Assembly (NCBI RefSeq): GCF_036365525.1
Contig: NC_090371.1
Coordinates: forward strand, 195,197,255-195,261,254
Origin: Heterodontus francisci
Lineage: Eukaryota
Direction: 5' to 3'
DNA: 64,000 bases
Shown: positions 24,648 through 35,879 of the stretch, piece by piece
Position numbering within the stretch: position 1 is the first letter of the stretch
How the letters are laid out: each line of letters opens with the position of its first letter
Notes under the pieces: model-generated
Database searches by the model: none
Told to the model about the DNA's origin: nothing
Seen by the model: the letters and a program-made list of their open reading frames with translations, nothing else
Position numbers and translations under genes: made by a program

Positions 24648-25002
24648 GTTTAGTTTAGTTTAGAGATACAGCACTGAAACAGGCCCTTCGGCCCACCGAG
24701 TCTGTGCCGACCATCAACCACCCATTTATACTAATCCTACACTAATTCCATATTCCTATCACATCCCCACCTGTCCCTATATATTTCCCTACCACCTACC
24801 TATACTAGGGGCAATTTATAATGGCCAATTAACCTATCAACCTGCAAGTCTTTGGCATGTGGGAGGAAACCGGAGCACCCGGAGGAAACCCACACAGACA
24901 CAGGGAGAACTTGCAAACTCCACACAGGCAGTACCCAGAATCGAACCCGGGTCCCTGGAGCTGTGAGGCTGCGGTGCTAACCACTGCGCCACTGTGCCGC
25001 CC
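24648..25002 (-). mobile_element. HE1/V-SINE-type SINE, full length, (TAAAC)n tail
   Basis: Intact A-box TGGCGCAGTGG and B-box GGTTCGATTC; V-domain; CR1-like tail. Confidence 0.9.
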
Positions 25003-25039
25003 ATGTTACTGACATTGCCTGGATGCAGCCATTGGCCAC

Positions 25040-25133
25040 ATGACCTTCGACCCCATACCATTTTTGTTTCCGGCGTCGGGGCCCCAATGACCTTCGACCC
25101 CATACCATTTTTGTTCCCGGTGTTGGGGCCCCA
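25040..25133. repeat. 47-bp tandem duplication (2 copies) in the Harbinger subterminal region
   Basis: ATGACCTTCGACCCCATACCATTTTTGTT(T/C)CCGG(C/T)GT(C/T)GGGGCCCCA occurs twice. Confidence 0.9.
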
Positions 25134-25147
25134 ATAAAAACCAGCCC

Positions 25148-25250
25148 ATTAACTCTGTTTCTCTCCCCACATATGCTGCCAGACTTGCTGAACATTTCCA
25201 GCATTTTCTGTTTCTAATTTGGATTTCCAGCATCCGCAGTATTTTCCTTT
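25148..25250 (+). mobile_element. Tail of a Penelope-pLTR-like short repeat
   Basis: TTAACTCTGTTTCTCTCC...GCTGCCAGACTTGCTGAACATTTCCAGCATTTTCTG, same family as 8251-8388. Confidence 0.6.
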
Positions 25251-25476
25251 AGTGTTAAAGTTTTTTATATGTCTTGCCCTCTTCATTGCAGCATTGCAAT
25301 TCCCCAATGGACAAAAGGCATCATCAGAATGGCACACCCAGAGTGGAGTCAGTGCGAAGTGTGCATTTGTGGTAAAAGTGATTTATGACTATGGGAATGC
25401 TTTGTGTCAGAGGGGGAGGGGGCGGTGGGGGCCCCAGTTCAGCGTTACACTTCCATATGGTTTTAGGCATGTTTGG

Positions 25477-27160
25477 TTTTTTTCATTCTTTCATGGGATG
25501 CGAGCATCGTTGACAAGGCCAGCATTTGTTGCCCACCCCTACATGCCCTTGAGAACTGCTGCAGTTTATCTGGTGTAGGAACACCGACAGTGCTGTAAGG
25601 GAGGAAGTTTCAGGTTTTTGACACGGCGACAATAAGGAATAGCGATACAGACCCAAGTCAGGATGATGTGTGACTTGGAGGGGAACTTGCAGGTGGTGAT
25701 GTTCCCATGCATCTGCTGCCCTTGTCCTTCTAGGTGGTGGAGGCCACAGGTTTGGAAGGTGCTGCCAAAGGAGCTTTGGTGAGTTGCTGCAGTGCATCCT
25801 GTAGATGGTACACACTGTTGCCACTGTACATCGCTGGTGGAGGGAGTGAATGTTTGTGGATGGGGTGCCAATCAAGCTGACTGCTTTGTCCTGGATGGTC
25901 TCAAGCTTCTTGAGTGTTGTTGGAGCCGCACCCATCCAGGCAAGTGGAGAATATTCCATCACACTCCTGACTTCTGCCTCGAAGATGGTGGACAGGATTT
26001 GAGGAGTCAGGAGTGAGTTACTCCCTGCAGGATTCCTAGCCTCTGACCTGCTCTTATAGCCACAGGATTTATATGGCTGGTCCAGTTAAGTTTCTGGTCA
26101 ATGGTAATCACTAGGATGTTGAAGGTGGGAGATTCAGCAATGGTAATGGCATCGAAATTCAAGGGGGGATGATTCGATTCTCTGTTGTTGGAGGTGATCA
26201 TTGCCCGCCACTTGTGTGGCACGAATGTCACTTGCCACTTAAGAGCCCAAGCCTGAATGTTGTCCAGGTATTGCTGCATATCGACACAGACTGCTTCAGT
26301 ATCTGAGAAGTAGTGAATGATACTGAACACTGTGCAATCAACAGTGAACATCCCCACTTCTGACCTTATACTGGAGGGAAGGTCATTGATGAAGCAGCTG
26401 AATATAGTTGGGCCTACGACACTGCCCTGAGGAACTCCTGCAGTAATATCCGTGGGCTCAGATGATTGACTTCCAACTGCCACAACCATCTTCCTTTGTG
26501 CTAGGTACGACTCCAACCAGTGGAGAATTTTCCCCCTGATTCCCATTGACTTCAATTTTGCTCAGGCTCCTTCATGCCACACTTGGTCAAATGCTGCCTT
26601 GATGTCAAGGGCTGTCACTCTCACCTCGACTCGAGTTCAGCTCTTTTGTTTGGATCAAAGCTGTAATAACGAGTGGCCCTGGCGAAACACAAACTGAGCA
26701 CAGGTGAGCAGGTTATTGCTGTGGAAGTGCCACTTGACAGCACTGTCAATGAGAGCTTCCAACAATTTGCTGATGTTGGAGAGTAGACTGATAGGGCAGT
26801 AATTGGCTGGATTGGATTCATTCTGCTTTTAGTGGCAGGATATTCCTGGGTATTATACTATATATTATATATTATATTATATTATATTCTGGGTAGATGC
26901 CAGTATTGTAGCTGTACTAGAACAGCTTGGCTAGGGGCACGACTAGTTCTGGGGCAAACGTCTTCAGTACTACTGCTGGGATGTTGTTGGGACCCATAAC
27001 CTTTGCAGTATCCAGTGCCTTCAGCCTTTTCTTGATATCAAGTGGAGTGAATTGAATTGGCTGAAGACAGAGAATCTGGCATCTGGCATCAGGAGGAGGC
27101 CGAGATGGATCATCCTAGCGGCACTTCTGGCTGAAGATGTTTGCAAATGCTTCAACCTTT
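25477..27160 (-). mobile_element. 5'-truncated copy of the ORF1-less LINE family (RT and 3' end)
   Basis: ORF 26007-26555 (GVPQGSVVGPTIFSCFINDLP); 3' end GGCAACAAATGCTGGCCTTG...CATCCCATGAAAGAATGAAAAAAA; internal (TATAT)n at 26851-26888. Confidence 0.9.
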
Positions 27161-27164
27161 GCTC

Positions 27165-28600
27165 AGGATTATCTAAACTGAGCCTCTATGAGGATGGCCA
27201 GATGTGCAGCTGCAGCAGCCCTGCCCACATTATTCTCCCCATCCTCCAGCTCCTCTTCCTCCTCCTCCTCATCGGAAGATGATGATCAGTCTGCAGTTTC
27301 CTCCTTCTGCAGCTCCATTCCTCTCTGCAGCACCATATTGTGCAAGGTAAAGCAGCCCACCACCATTCTGGAGACCCTTGCTGCTGCATGCTGAAGGATA
27401 CCCCCAGATCTGCCCAGGGCACCTGAATCTCATTTTCAGCAAGCCAATGGCTTGCTCAATGATTGCCCTTGTGATGACGTGACTCTGTTGTATCTCTTCT
27501 CTGCATCCTTGACACAGCTCCTGACAGGTGTCATCAGCCAGGTTCTCCGACGGTAGCCCTTGTCTCCTAGGAGCCACCCATTCAGTCTGCTCAGAGATGT
27601 GGTAGACCTGACTGACACAGGATGCAGGAGTCATGGCAGCTTCCAGGAAATCTAGCGTGCACATGCATAATAAACTTGGGGTGTCACAAAGGATCTGCAC
27701 ATTGAGGGAGTAGAATCCTTTCCAGTTCATGAACACATCAGGATTATCTGATGGCACTTGGTTGCCACACGTATGCAGGCGAAGACTCTCTGTACCTGTG
27801 GGAATCCAACCACTACAGCAAAGGCAAGAGCTCTTTGCACCTGACTGGCCTCATCAGTGTCAAAGTGGACATATTGGGTGGCCTTGGCACACATGACACC
27901 TGTGAATTGGGAGACGGACTGTGGGCTGCAGATTGTGAGATCCTGCAGATGTCCTTAGCTGATGCCAGAAAGGCAAAGAGGTCTTCTTCCAAGAGGCTGC
28001 AAATGTCAGCAATGAGCTGGCGCGAGAGCCTGAGCCTCCTGAGGAGCTGTTGCTCATTCATATCGAGGAAGCTGATCCTCTGACTCTACACCCTTTTTGG
28101 GAGAGGTACAACCTCCTTCAAACTGCAATTCTGTGTCCTTCCCCTCTGCTCTGTGGAGCAACATGTGGTGGCGGAGAAGGCAGCTGCTGTTGTTGCTGCT
28201 CCTGCTGCTGGTGTTGGTGTTCCTCTTCCGAGGTCAATATAATGGCTGCATAAGCCTTTCCCATAGGCATAGCTGCAGCCATTCAGTTTCTTTATTTAAC
28301 CATCTTCGAGCATGTCAGTTTCACTGATCAATGTCCTCCCACTGAACTCTCGCCTTGCAGAATTTGGCAAGATCCACAAAGCTTGGAAAATCCAAGCGCT
28401 GGCTGTTAAGGTGGAATAGAAAGATAAATTGGTGTTTAATTGCTATTTAACACATTTAAATATCTGGCCCGACCCTTCAAGGGCGTTTCCCACTCGCTTC
28501 CGAATGCGCCCCTGTTAAATGCCGTCATTTTTCGGGGCTTTAACCCCGCCCCCGGATGCACAGAAGCCTGCCTTCCATTTAGCAGATAAAATTCCATCCA
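27165..28600 (-). mobile_element. PIF/Harbinger element with transposase pseudogene
   Basis: MNEQQLLRRLRLSRQLIADICSLL, NWKGFYSLNVQILCD, WLLGDKGY, IEQAIGLLKMRFRC; TIR-like TAAAATTCCATCC near 28587-28599. Confidence 0.85.
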
Positions 28601-28604
28601 AAGA

Positions 28605-29029
28605 GTCTGCAAAGAAAGATCGACAGGTGAAGTGAGTGGGTAGGAAGGTGGTAGGTTGGTAGAAAGATGGGTAAAGTTGTGTATTTTACAAATGGTGAGA
28701 AGCTTTTAAATGTTGCCATTCAGAAGGATTTGGTTGTCTTTGCATATGAAACATAGAAAGCGAACATGCAGGTAAGGCAAGCAATTAGGAAGGCAAATGG
28801 TATTTGGAATACAAGAGCAAGCAAGTCTTGTTGCAATTATACATGATTTTGGTGAAATCTCACCTGGAGTATTGTGTGCAGTTTTGATCTCAGGACCGAA
28901 GGAAGGATATACTTGCCTTAAAGGGTTTGCAATGGAGGTTCATTAGATTGATTCCTAGGATGAGATGGTTTTCCTATGAATGGAGATTGACGCTTTAATG
29001 TTTAGAAGAAGGAGAGGTGAGCTCATTGA
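28605..29029 (+). mobile_element. CR1 3' fragment (left part; continues at 32220-32232 and 32446-32650)
   Basis: CAAGCAATTAGGAAGGCAAATGG...CACCTGGAGTATTGTGTGCAG...AGAGGTGAGCTCATTGA; resumes as ATTGAAGCATA...TAAGATTTTCAGAGGG after the nested inserts. Confidence 0.8.
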
Positions 29030-29040
29030 GCTCACCAGGT

Positions 29041-32000
29041 AGGCGGTGGCGTAGTGGTATTATCACTGGACTAGTAACCCAAAGACCCAGCGTATTCCTC
29101 TGGGGACATGGGTTCGAATCCCACCACAGCAGAAGGTGAAATTTGAATTTAATTAATAAATCTGGAATTAAAACTAGTCCAATGATGGCCATGAAACCAT
29201 TGTCAATTGTTGTAAAAACCCATCTGGTTCACTAATGTCCTTTTGGGAAGGAAATCTGCTGTCCTTACCTGGTCTGGCCTACATGTGACTCCAGAACCCA
29301 GCATCGACCTTGGCACCGGAAACGACAATGGCAAACCCAGCCATGTCAACCCTGCAAAGTCCTCCTGACTAACATCTGGGGGCTTGTGCCAAAGTTGGGA
29401 GAGCTGTCCCACAGACTAGGCAAGCAACAGCCTGACATAGTCACACTCACGGAATCATACCTTACAGACAATGTCCCAGACACTGCCATCACCATCCCCG
29501 GGTATGTCCTGTCCCACCGGCAGGACAGACCCAGCAGAGGTGGTGGCACAGTGGTATACAGTAGGGAGGGAGTTGCCCTGGGAGTCCTCAATATCAACTC
29601 CAGACACCATGAAGTCTCATGGCATCAGGTCAAACATAGGCAAGGCAACCTCCTACTGATTACCACCTACTGCCCTCCCTCAGCTGATGACTCAGTACTC
29701 CTCCATGTTGAACACCACTTGGAGGAAGCACTGAGGGTGAAAAGGGCACAAAATGTATTCTGGGTGGGGGACTTCAATGTCCATCACCAAGAGTGGCTCG
29801 GTAGCACCACTACTGACTGAGCTGGCTGAGTCCTGAAGGACATGGTTGCTAGACTGGGTCTGCGGCAGGAGGTGGGGGAACCAACACGAAGGAAGAACAT
29901 ACTTGACCTCATCCTCACCAATCTGTCTGCCGCAGATGCATCTGTCCATGACAGTATTGGTAGGAGTGACCACTGCACAGTCCTTGTGGAGACGAAGTCC
30001 CGCCTTCACATTGAGGATACCGTCCATCATGTTGTGTGGCACTACCACCGTGCTGAATGGGATAGATTTCAAACAGATCTAGCAATGCAAAACTGGGCAG
30101 CCATGAGGCGCTGTGGGCCATCAGCAGCAGCAGAATTGTACTCAGCCACAAACTGTAACCTCATGGCCCGGCATATCCCCCACTCTACCATTACCATCAA
30201 GCCAGGAGACCAACCCTGGTTCAATGAAGAGTGCAGGACGGCATGCCAGGAGCAGCACCAGGCACACCTCAAAATGAGGTGTCAACCTGGTGAAGCTACA
30301 ACACAGGACTATCTGCATGCCGAACTGCGTAAGCAGCATGCGATAGACAGAGCTAAGTGATCCCATAACCAACGGATCAGATCTAAGCTCTGCAGTCCTG
30401 CCACATCCAGCCGAGAATGGTGGTGGACAATTAAACAACTAACTGGAGGAGGTGGCTCCACAAATATCCCCATCCTCAATGATGGGGAGCCCAGCACATC
30501 AGTACGAAAGATAAGGCAGAAGCATTTGCAACAATCTTCAGCCAGAAGTGCCGAGTTGATGATCCATCTCGGCCTCCTCCTGAAGTTCCCAGCATCACAG
30601 ATGCCAGACTTCAGCCAATTCGATTCACTCCAAGTGATATCAAGAAACGACTGAAGGCACTGGATACTGCAAAAGCTATGGGCCCTGACAATATTCCAGC
30701 AATAGTACTGAAGACCTGTGCTCCAGAACTAGTCGCGCCCCTAGCCAAGCTGTTCCAGTACAACGACAACACTGGCATCTACTCTGCAATGTGGAAAATT
30801 GCCTCGGTATGTCCTGTACACAAAAAGCAGGACAAATCCAACCCGGCCAACTACCGCCCCATTAGCCTACTCTCAATCATCAGTAAAGTGATGGAAGGTG
30901 TCATCAACAGTGCCATCAAGCGGCACTTGCTTCGCAACAACCTGCTCAGTGACACTCAGTTTTGGTTCCGCCAGGGCCACTCAGCTCCTGACCTCATTAC
31001 AGCCTTGGTTCAAACATGGACAAAAGAGCTGAACTCAAGAGGTGAGGTGAGAGTGACTGCTCTTGACATCAAGGCAGCATTTGACCGAGTATGTCATCAA
31101 GGAGTCCTAGCAAAACTGGAGTCAATGGGAATCGGGGGAAAACCCTCCGCTGGCTGGAGTCATACCTAGCACAAAGGAAGATGGTTGTGGTTGTTGGAGG
31201 TCAATCATCTGAGCTCCAGGACATCACTGCAGGAGTACCTCAGGGTAGTGTCCGAGGCCCAACCATCTTCATCTGCTTCATCAATGACCTTCCTTCAATC
31301 ATAAGGTCAGAAGTGGGGATGTTCGCTGATGATTGCACAATGTTCAGCACCATTCGTGACTCCTCAGATACTGAAGCAGTCCGTGTAGAAATGCAGCAAG
31401 ACCTGGACAATATCCAGGCTTGGGCTGATGAGACAAGTAACATTCACGCCACACAAGTGCCAGGCAATGACCATCTCCGACAAGAGAGAATCTAACCATC
31501 TCCCCTTGACATTCAACGGCATTACCATCACTGAATTCCCCACTATCAACATCCTAGGGGCTACCATTGACCAGAAACTGAACTGGAGTAGCTATATAAA
31601 TACCGTGGCTACAAGAGCAGGTCAGAGGCTAGGAAACCTAAGGCGATTAACTCACCTCCTGACTCCCCAAAGCCTGTCCACCGTCTGCAAGGCACAAGTC
31701 AGGAGTGTGATGGCATACTCTCCACTTGCCTGGATGGGTGCAGCTCCAACAACATTCAAGAAGCTCGACACATCCAGGACAAAGCAGCCCGCTTGATTGG
31801 CACCCCATCTACAAACATTCACTCCCTCCACCACCGACGCATCGTGGCAGCAGTGTGTACCACCTACAAGATGCACTGCAGCAACGCACCAAGGCTCCTT
31901 AGACAGCACCTTCCAAACCCGCGACCTCTACCAACTAGAAGGACAAGGGCAGCACGTACATGGGAACACCACCACCTGCAAGTTCCCCTCCAAGTCACAC

Positions 32001-32217
32001 ACCATCCTGACTTGGAACTGTGTCGCCGTTCCTTCACTGTCGCTGGGTCAAAATCCTGGAACTCCCTTCTAACAGCACTGTGGGTATACCTACCCCAAAT
32101 GGACTGCAGCGGTTCAAGAAGGCAGCTCACCACCACCTTCTTAAGGGCAATTAGGGATGGGCAATAAATTCTGGCCTGGCCAGCGTCGCCCACATCCCAT
32201 GAATGAATTTTTTTTTT
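29041..32217 (+). mobile_element. Near full-length ORF1-less CR1/L2-group LINE with a tRNA-derived head (single APE-RT ORF, disrupted)
   Basis: tRNA-like head at 29041-29128 and a leader of about 300 nt. APE starts KVLLTNIWGLVPKLGEL at about 29356. RT motifs NYRPISLLS, ALDIKAAFDRV, GVPQGSV, MFADD. 3' end GGGCAATAAATTCTGGCC...CACATCCCATGAATGAA. Short ATTGA target duplication in the host CR1. Confidence 0.92.
29047..29122 (+). promoter_or_regulatory. Pol III type-2 internal promoter (A-box and B-box)
   Basis: A-box TGGCGTAGTGG (29047-29057) and B-box GGTTCGAATCCC (29111-29122). Confidence 0.8.
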
Positions 32218-32232
32218 AAATTGAAGCATATA

Positions 32233-32445
32233 GGGAGAAATTTGTTCGCGTAGCACCACTTTATGTTGCATCCCTGGGGGGGGGGGGGGGCAGGCCACTA
32301 CCTGCATAGCTCACCTGGGTTCTTCATTGATATCATCAACAAGCGCTGCGAGGGCCGTGCAGGTATCGGCCCGTTGTGCTATTTGCCCTTGGGGAATCGA
32401 CGTAATCTGCATAAAAACAGTCCTGCGCACACAACTTTTTCCCCC
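32233..32445. mobile_element. Harbinger-type MITE, TSD ATA
   Basis: GGGAGAAATTTGT ... ACAACTTTTTCCCCC with ATA on both sides; interrupts the CR1 sequence. Confidence 0.7.
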
Positions 32446-32661
32446 ATAAGATTTTCAGAGGGCATGACAAGGTAGATCCTGAGACTCTTTTCCCCTGGCT
32501 GGCGAGTTTAGAACTTGAGGGGATCGTCTCAGGATCATGGGATGGTCATTTCGAATTGAGACGAGGAGAAAGTTTTTTCACTCAAAAGGTTGTGAATCTT
32601 TGCAATTCTCTACCCCAGAATGCTCAGTTGTTGAGTATATTCAAGGGTGAGACAGATTATC

Positions 32662-32900
32662 GGGCTGGAATTTTCCAGGCCCTTTGAGGACAGTCTGGCA
32701 AGCTGGAAGGCTGGCAAAATGGTATGGGAAGGCATGGTGGGGTACCTGACGTCTTCCCATCGCCATGCCATTTTACTAGCATCAACAAAGTTGGCAGATG
32801 GGCTATTCGTCAGGTGGGCAATTAAGCCACTTATGTGGCCTATTAAGGACCACCTCCCACCTCTGGAAGTATTTGTCCACATCGGGAGAGCTTATGCAAA
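32662..32900. mobile_element. Harbinger-type MITE, left part (family of 57903-58489)
   Basis: GGGCTGGAATTTTCCAGGCCCTTTGAGG...GAAGGCTGGCAAAAT..ATGGGAAGGCAT, shared with 57903 onward. Confidence 0.65.
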
Positions 32901-34036
32901 GTAAATTTCCTAATACCTAATTGTGCTCCAATGGCTAAAAATCACTATCCAATATCCTTATATAATGTGTGGTACTGATTTTTCTTGTCATTGTTAGTTT
33001 GCTTTCCTTTTGAATTTGTCCCTTGTTTCCAAACATACCTTCAGAGCCAGTCCTTCAGATGTGCCATGCAACAACATGACAACACTATGCATGCAAATAT
33101 CTCTTTGCAGCATCCAAACCCCCTCCCAGTTGCTCTTAGTTACCACATCACAACCCATAAAAGGGGGAAAGCAGATGGGACAGTTTCCAGGTGTCTATCT
33201 ATACCATGCTACAACCAGCTACAAAGAGGTATGCAATACAAGCATTATAGAAGTTGGCTCAACCTCTTCTTTCCCTATCAATTTCTATGGGCCATGCTAC
33301 TAGAACTCACTGCACAAGGAACTGCAGAGACAGCCTATACCCCACTCGGATATCCAAAATGTTTTACGCAGGACCACAACATTACAAGATCGTGAGATAG
33401 GTACATTTGAGAAAGGTCATTAAACCCATCTTAATTCAGCATTTCCTCAGAGAGGAGTATTGCTTCACAATGATTTTATTTATATTGGATAATTCTGTGA
33501 TACAATCTATTGTCAACACTGACCAGTCTGATAAGATCTGCACTTCAGGAAAGAACCATCAAACAATATGATAATACATGCAGAGTCAGCCTAGTTGAAA
33601 ATCAGCTGAAGTGCTTGCTTCAGTGAGCATTTTATTTTTAATTTTGTTTAACTTTGTCCTTTATTGATATCCTTTCCTGCTCTTTCCACCTTCATATTGC
33701 TCTTCTTTAACTGTGAAGGTAGGATTGTCTGGTTTGTGGACACTGTAGTCATTTTGAATGCAGCTTTTGATGAGCTGAACAGGAGAGCAGTGCAGGTTAT
33801 GCCTATTATTCCTTCCCACCTTCCCAGCCTCCCGTTACATTACTGCAAGGTGATCTATCTAGCAGAGTCAAAAAAAGTCAATAAAAAATAAAATTGATGT
33901 TGGACTCTAAGCTGAAATACAGACTTCCAAGTTCCCTTCCTTGAAAGCTTGTGTTCTACCACAAAAGCTACTGAGCCACGTGAAAGCTTCAGTGCTTATT
34001 CATCTTAAAAGGAGAAACAATGTAACAATGACTTCC

Positions 34037-34902
34037 TGTTATGACCAGGTGAGAAAGGTGTCTAGGGGTCCCTCTCAGCCTTCATCTGGTCTTACTGTAA
34101 CAGGGTTTTATTTTTAAACACACTGTGTTTTTAGCTCCCCCTTGGTGAATCCTTGTTCACCACTTTCCAATTATAGGGTAAAGAAATGAGCACAAACAAG
34201 CTTTCTTAGGTTTAAATAAAAAAGGTGAAATTTATTAAAACGTAAACTTAAACTCTAATTCGGTTAACGCCTATGGATACACGACGCACCCACACTAGTA
34301 TGCATATGCAATACACACATGCAAATAGGGACAGAAAAGAGCAGAAGAGAAAATAAGTGGAAAGGTTTGAGGCAATATCTGAAGAATTGTTATAGTTCTT
34401 CGAGCTCACTGTAGAGTCCTTGCTTGTAGGTAATTCTTGCTTTTCATTGGGGCCCAGTATTCTTCTTAAACCTTGTTCACTGTAGGAAACTTTTCTCTCT
34501 TGGGATTCATGTCTCTTCAATGGATTCCAAAGCTGGTGAGAAAGAGATGGGAGCAGACAGGAGAGAGATGATCTTCTCCCAGGAGCAAAGCTGCCTTCTG
34601 TCTTCAAACACTGTTTCTCCAATTTAAAACTCCTCAAGTTGGCCAGCAGGTGGTTACGTGACTGATTGGTTTGACCAGGTCTCTTCTGTGTATTGTATGG
34701 GAGCAGTGGGCAGCTCCTTTGTTCCAACACCGTCTGCTAATATGCAAAAATGTCTTTCCGGCCAGGGGGTGGGGAGGGGTGGGTGGCGGTTGCTGGCAAT
34801 TCCTTGTAACAGGCCTGCTCTTCCCAGCAACAATTTGAAGTTTAATGTCCATGTGGTGAAATTAACATGCCTCATTCTTGGCAGGTAGGGGCCTGCATGA
34901 CA
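34037..34902 (-). mobile_element. Solo LTR related to the 10404-15514 Gypsy family
   Basis: TGTTATGACCAGGTGAGAAAGG...GCATGACA; flanks TTCC and TTTC. Confidence 0.88.
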
Positions 34903-35764
34903 TTTCCACTTTAAGGGCACATTTATTTCTCTCCCATTTACAGTTGCAAAAGAGAATTTCAGGCACAAATAATTTACTGCCTCCCACCATACCACTGCCT
35001 TTTTTTCCATTCTGCCACTCTAGCATATTTCCAAGGGGTAAAGCAATGGCTTTTCTCTAGGGTCCTCCCTATCCCAGTGGTAACCAGGTGTGTGGAGGTA
35101 CACAAACATGATAGTGGTCAGCTTGGTTTGCCATTTTACAGCCCCCCTGTGGAGAAGTGCCATCCTCTCCCTCATTGTCTCTCACTCCCCAGTGCTGTTG
35201 TGACCCTTTGGTCAGGCTTAATTAATAGCAAAATCTTTCATGTCTTTTAATAGCTTATTAACAAAACTTACAGTGCACGCTCCTCCCTTTCATGTTCTGA
35301 TTTTATTTCCAATGCAAATTGGAAAACAGGTGATCTTAAATTAACAAGTAGATGGGTAGTACAGTTTTGATTTATGCATCTTTACAACCAGAAGTTCGCA
35401 GAATCATTTTGCACATTTAAGTGAATTTGTGGAGAGGTCCCATAAGTTAAGAGGCTCATTAATTTATAGTGTGGACTCTCTTGAGCTGGCTCTGCACCTG
35501 CTGATATCAGCTTTAAAAAATAGGCATGAAAACCATCGTAACTTGTGGGCAATCAGCCCAAATTGTCGAATTCCAGGTCTCTGCCTCTTTACAGAGTGAC
35601 TCGGTGGGATCATCATCTTATGCTCCTCTGGAGCCCATTGAGGCGCACCACAACTTCTGGTTTTCGGTGCAAACATACACATTGGATGTTGCAGTGCCAT
35701 TACGGCCCTCAGTGGCGGCAAATGTCTCAGTGTTCACCACTACTGGAACCACAAAATCTGGGCC

Positions 35765-35878
35765 AATGTTTCACATTGATGACCTTTCGTCAGAGCTGTT
35801 CTGATGAAAGATTATCTATTGGAAATGTTAACTCTATTTTTCTCTCCATGGATGCTGCCTGACCTGTTGAGTATTTCC
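35765..35878. mobile_element. Penelope-pLTR-like repeat with two back-to-back degenerate hammerhead motifs
   Basis: Minus strand CTGACGAAAGGTCATCAATGTGAAACAT; plus strand CTGATGAAAGATTATCTATTGGAAATGTTAAC followed by the family tail. Confidence 0.5.
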
Positions 35879-35879
35879 A

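Larger units (their letters stand above)
22018..25147 (-). mobile_element. Decayed PIF/Harbinger element (transposase on -, second ORF on +), interrupted by CR1 and SINE insertions
   Basis: Transposase N-terminus VYRAHMTYLQMSEHQCQR (24271-24483) and C-terminus ARDAQQCLIAEHF (about 23380-23450). Plus-strand S/T/A-rich then coiled-coil ORFs 22018-22870. TIR-like TAAAAACCAGCCC ends at 25147. Confidence 0.65.

Noticed and set aside
25040-25133. CRISPR-like repeat
   Set aside because: Two adjacent copies with no spacer, in eukaryotic DNA; a simple tandem duplication.
29041-29128. tRNA gene
   Set aside because: A-to-B box spacing is too long, there is no clean cloverleaf, and the sequence continues into a retroposon leader.
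35526-35804. 92-aa ORF as a Penelope RT fragment or host exon
   Set aside because: Only a vague resemblance to RT motifs; not supportable without a search.
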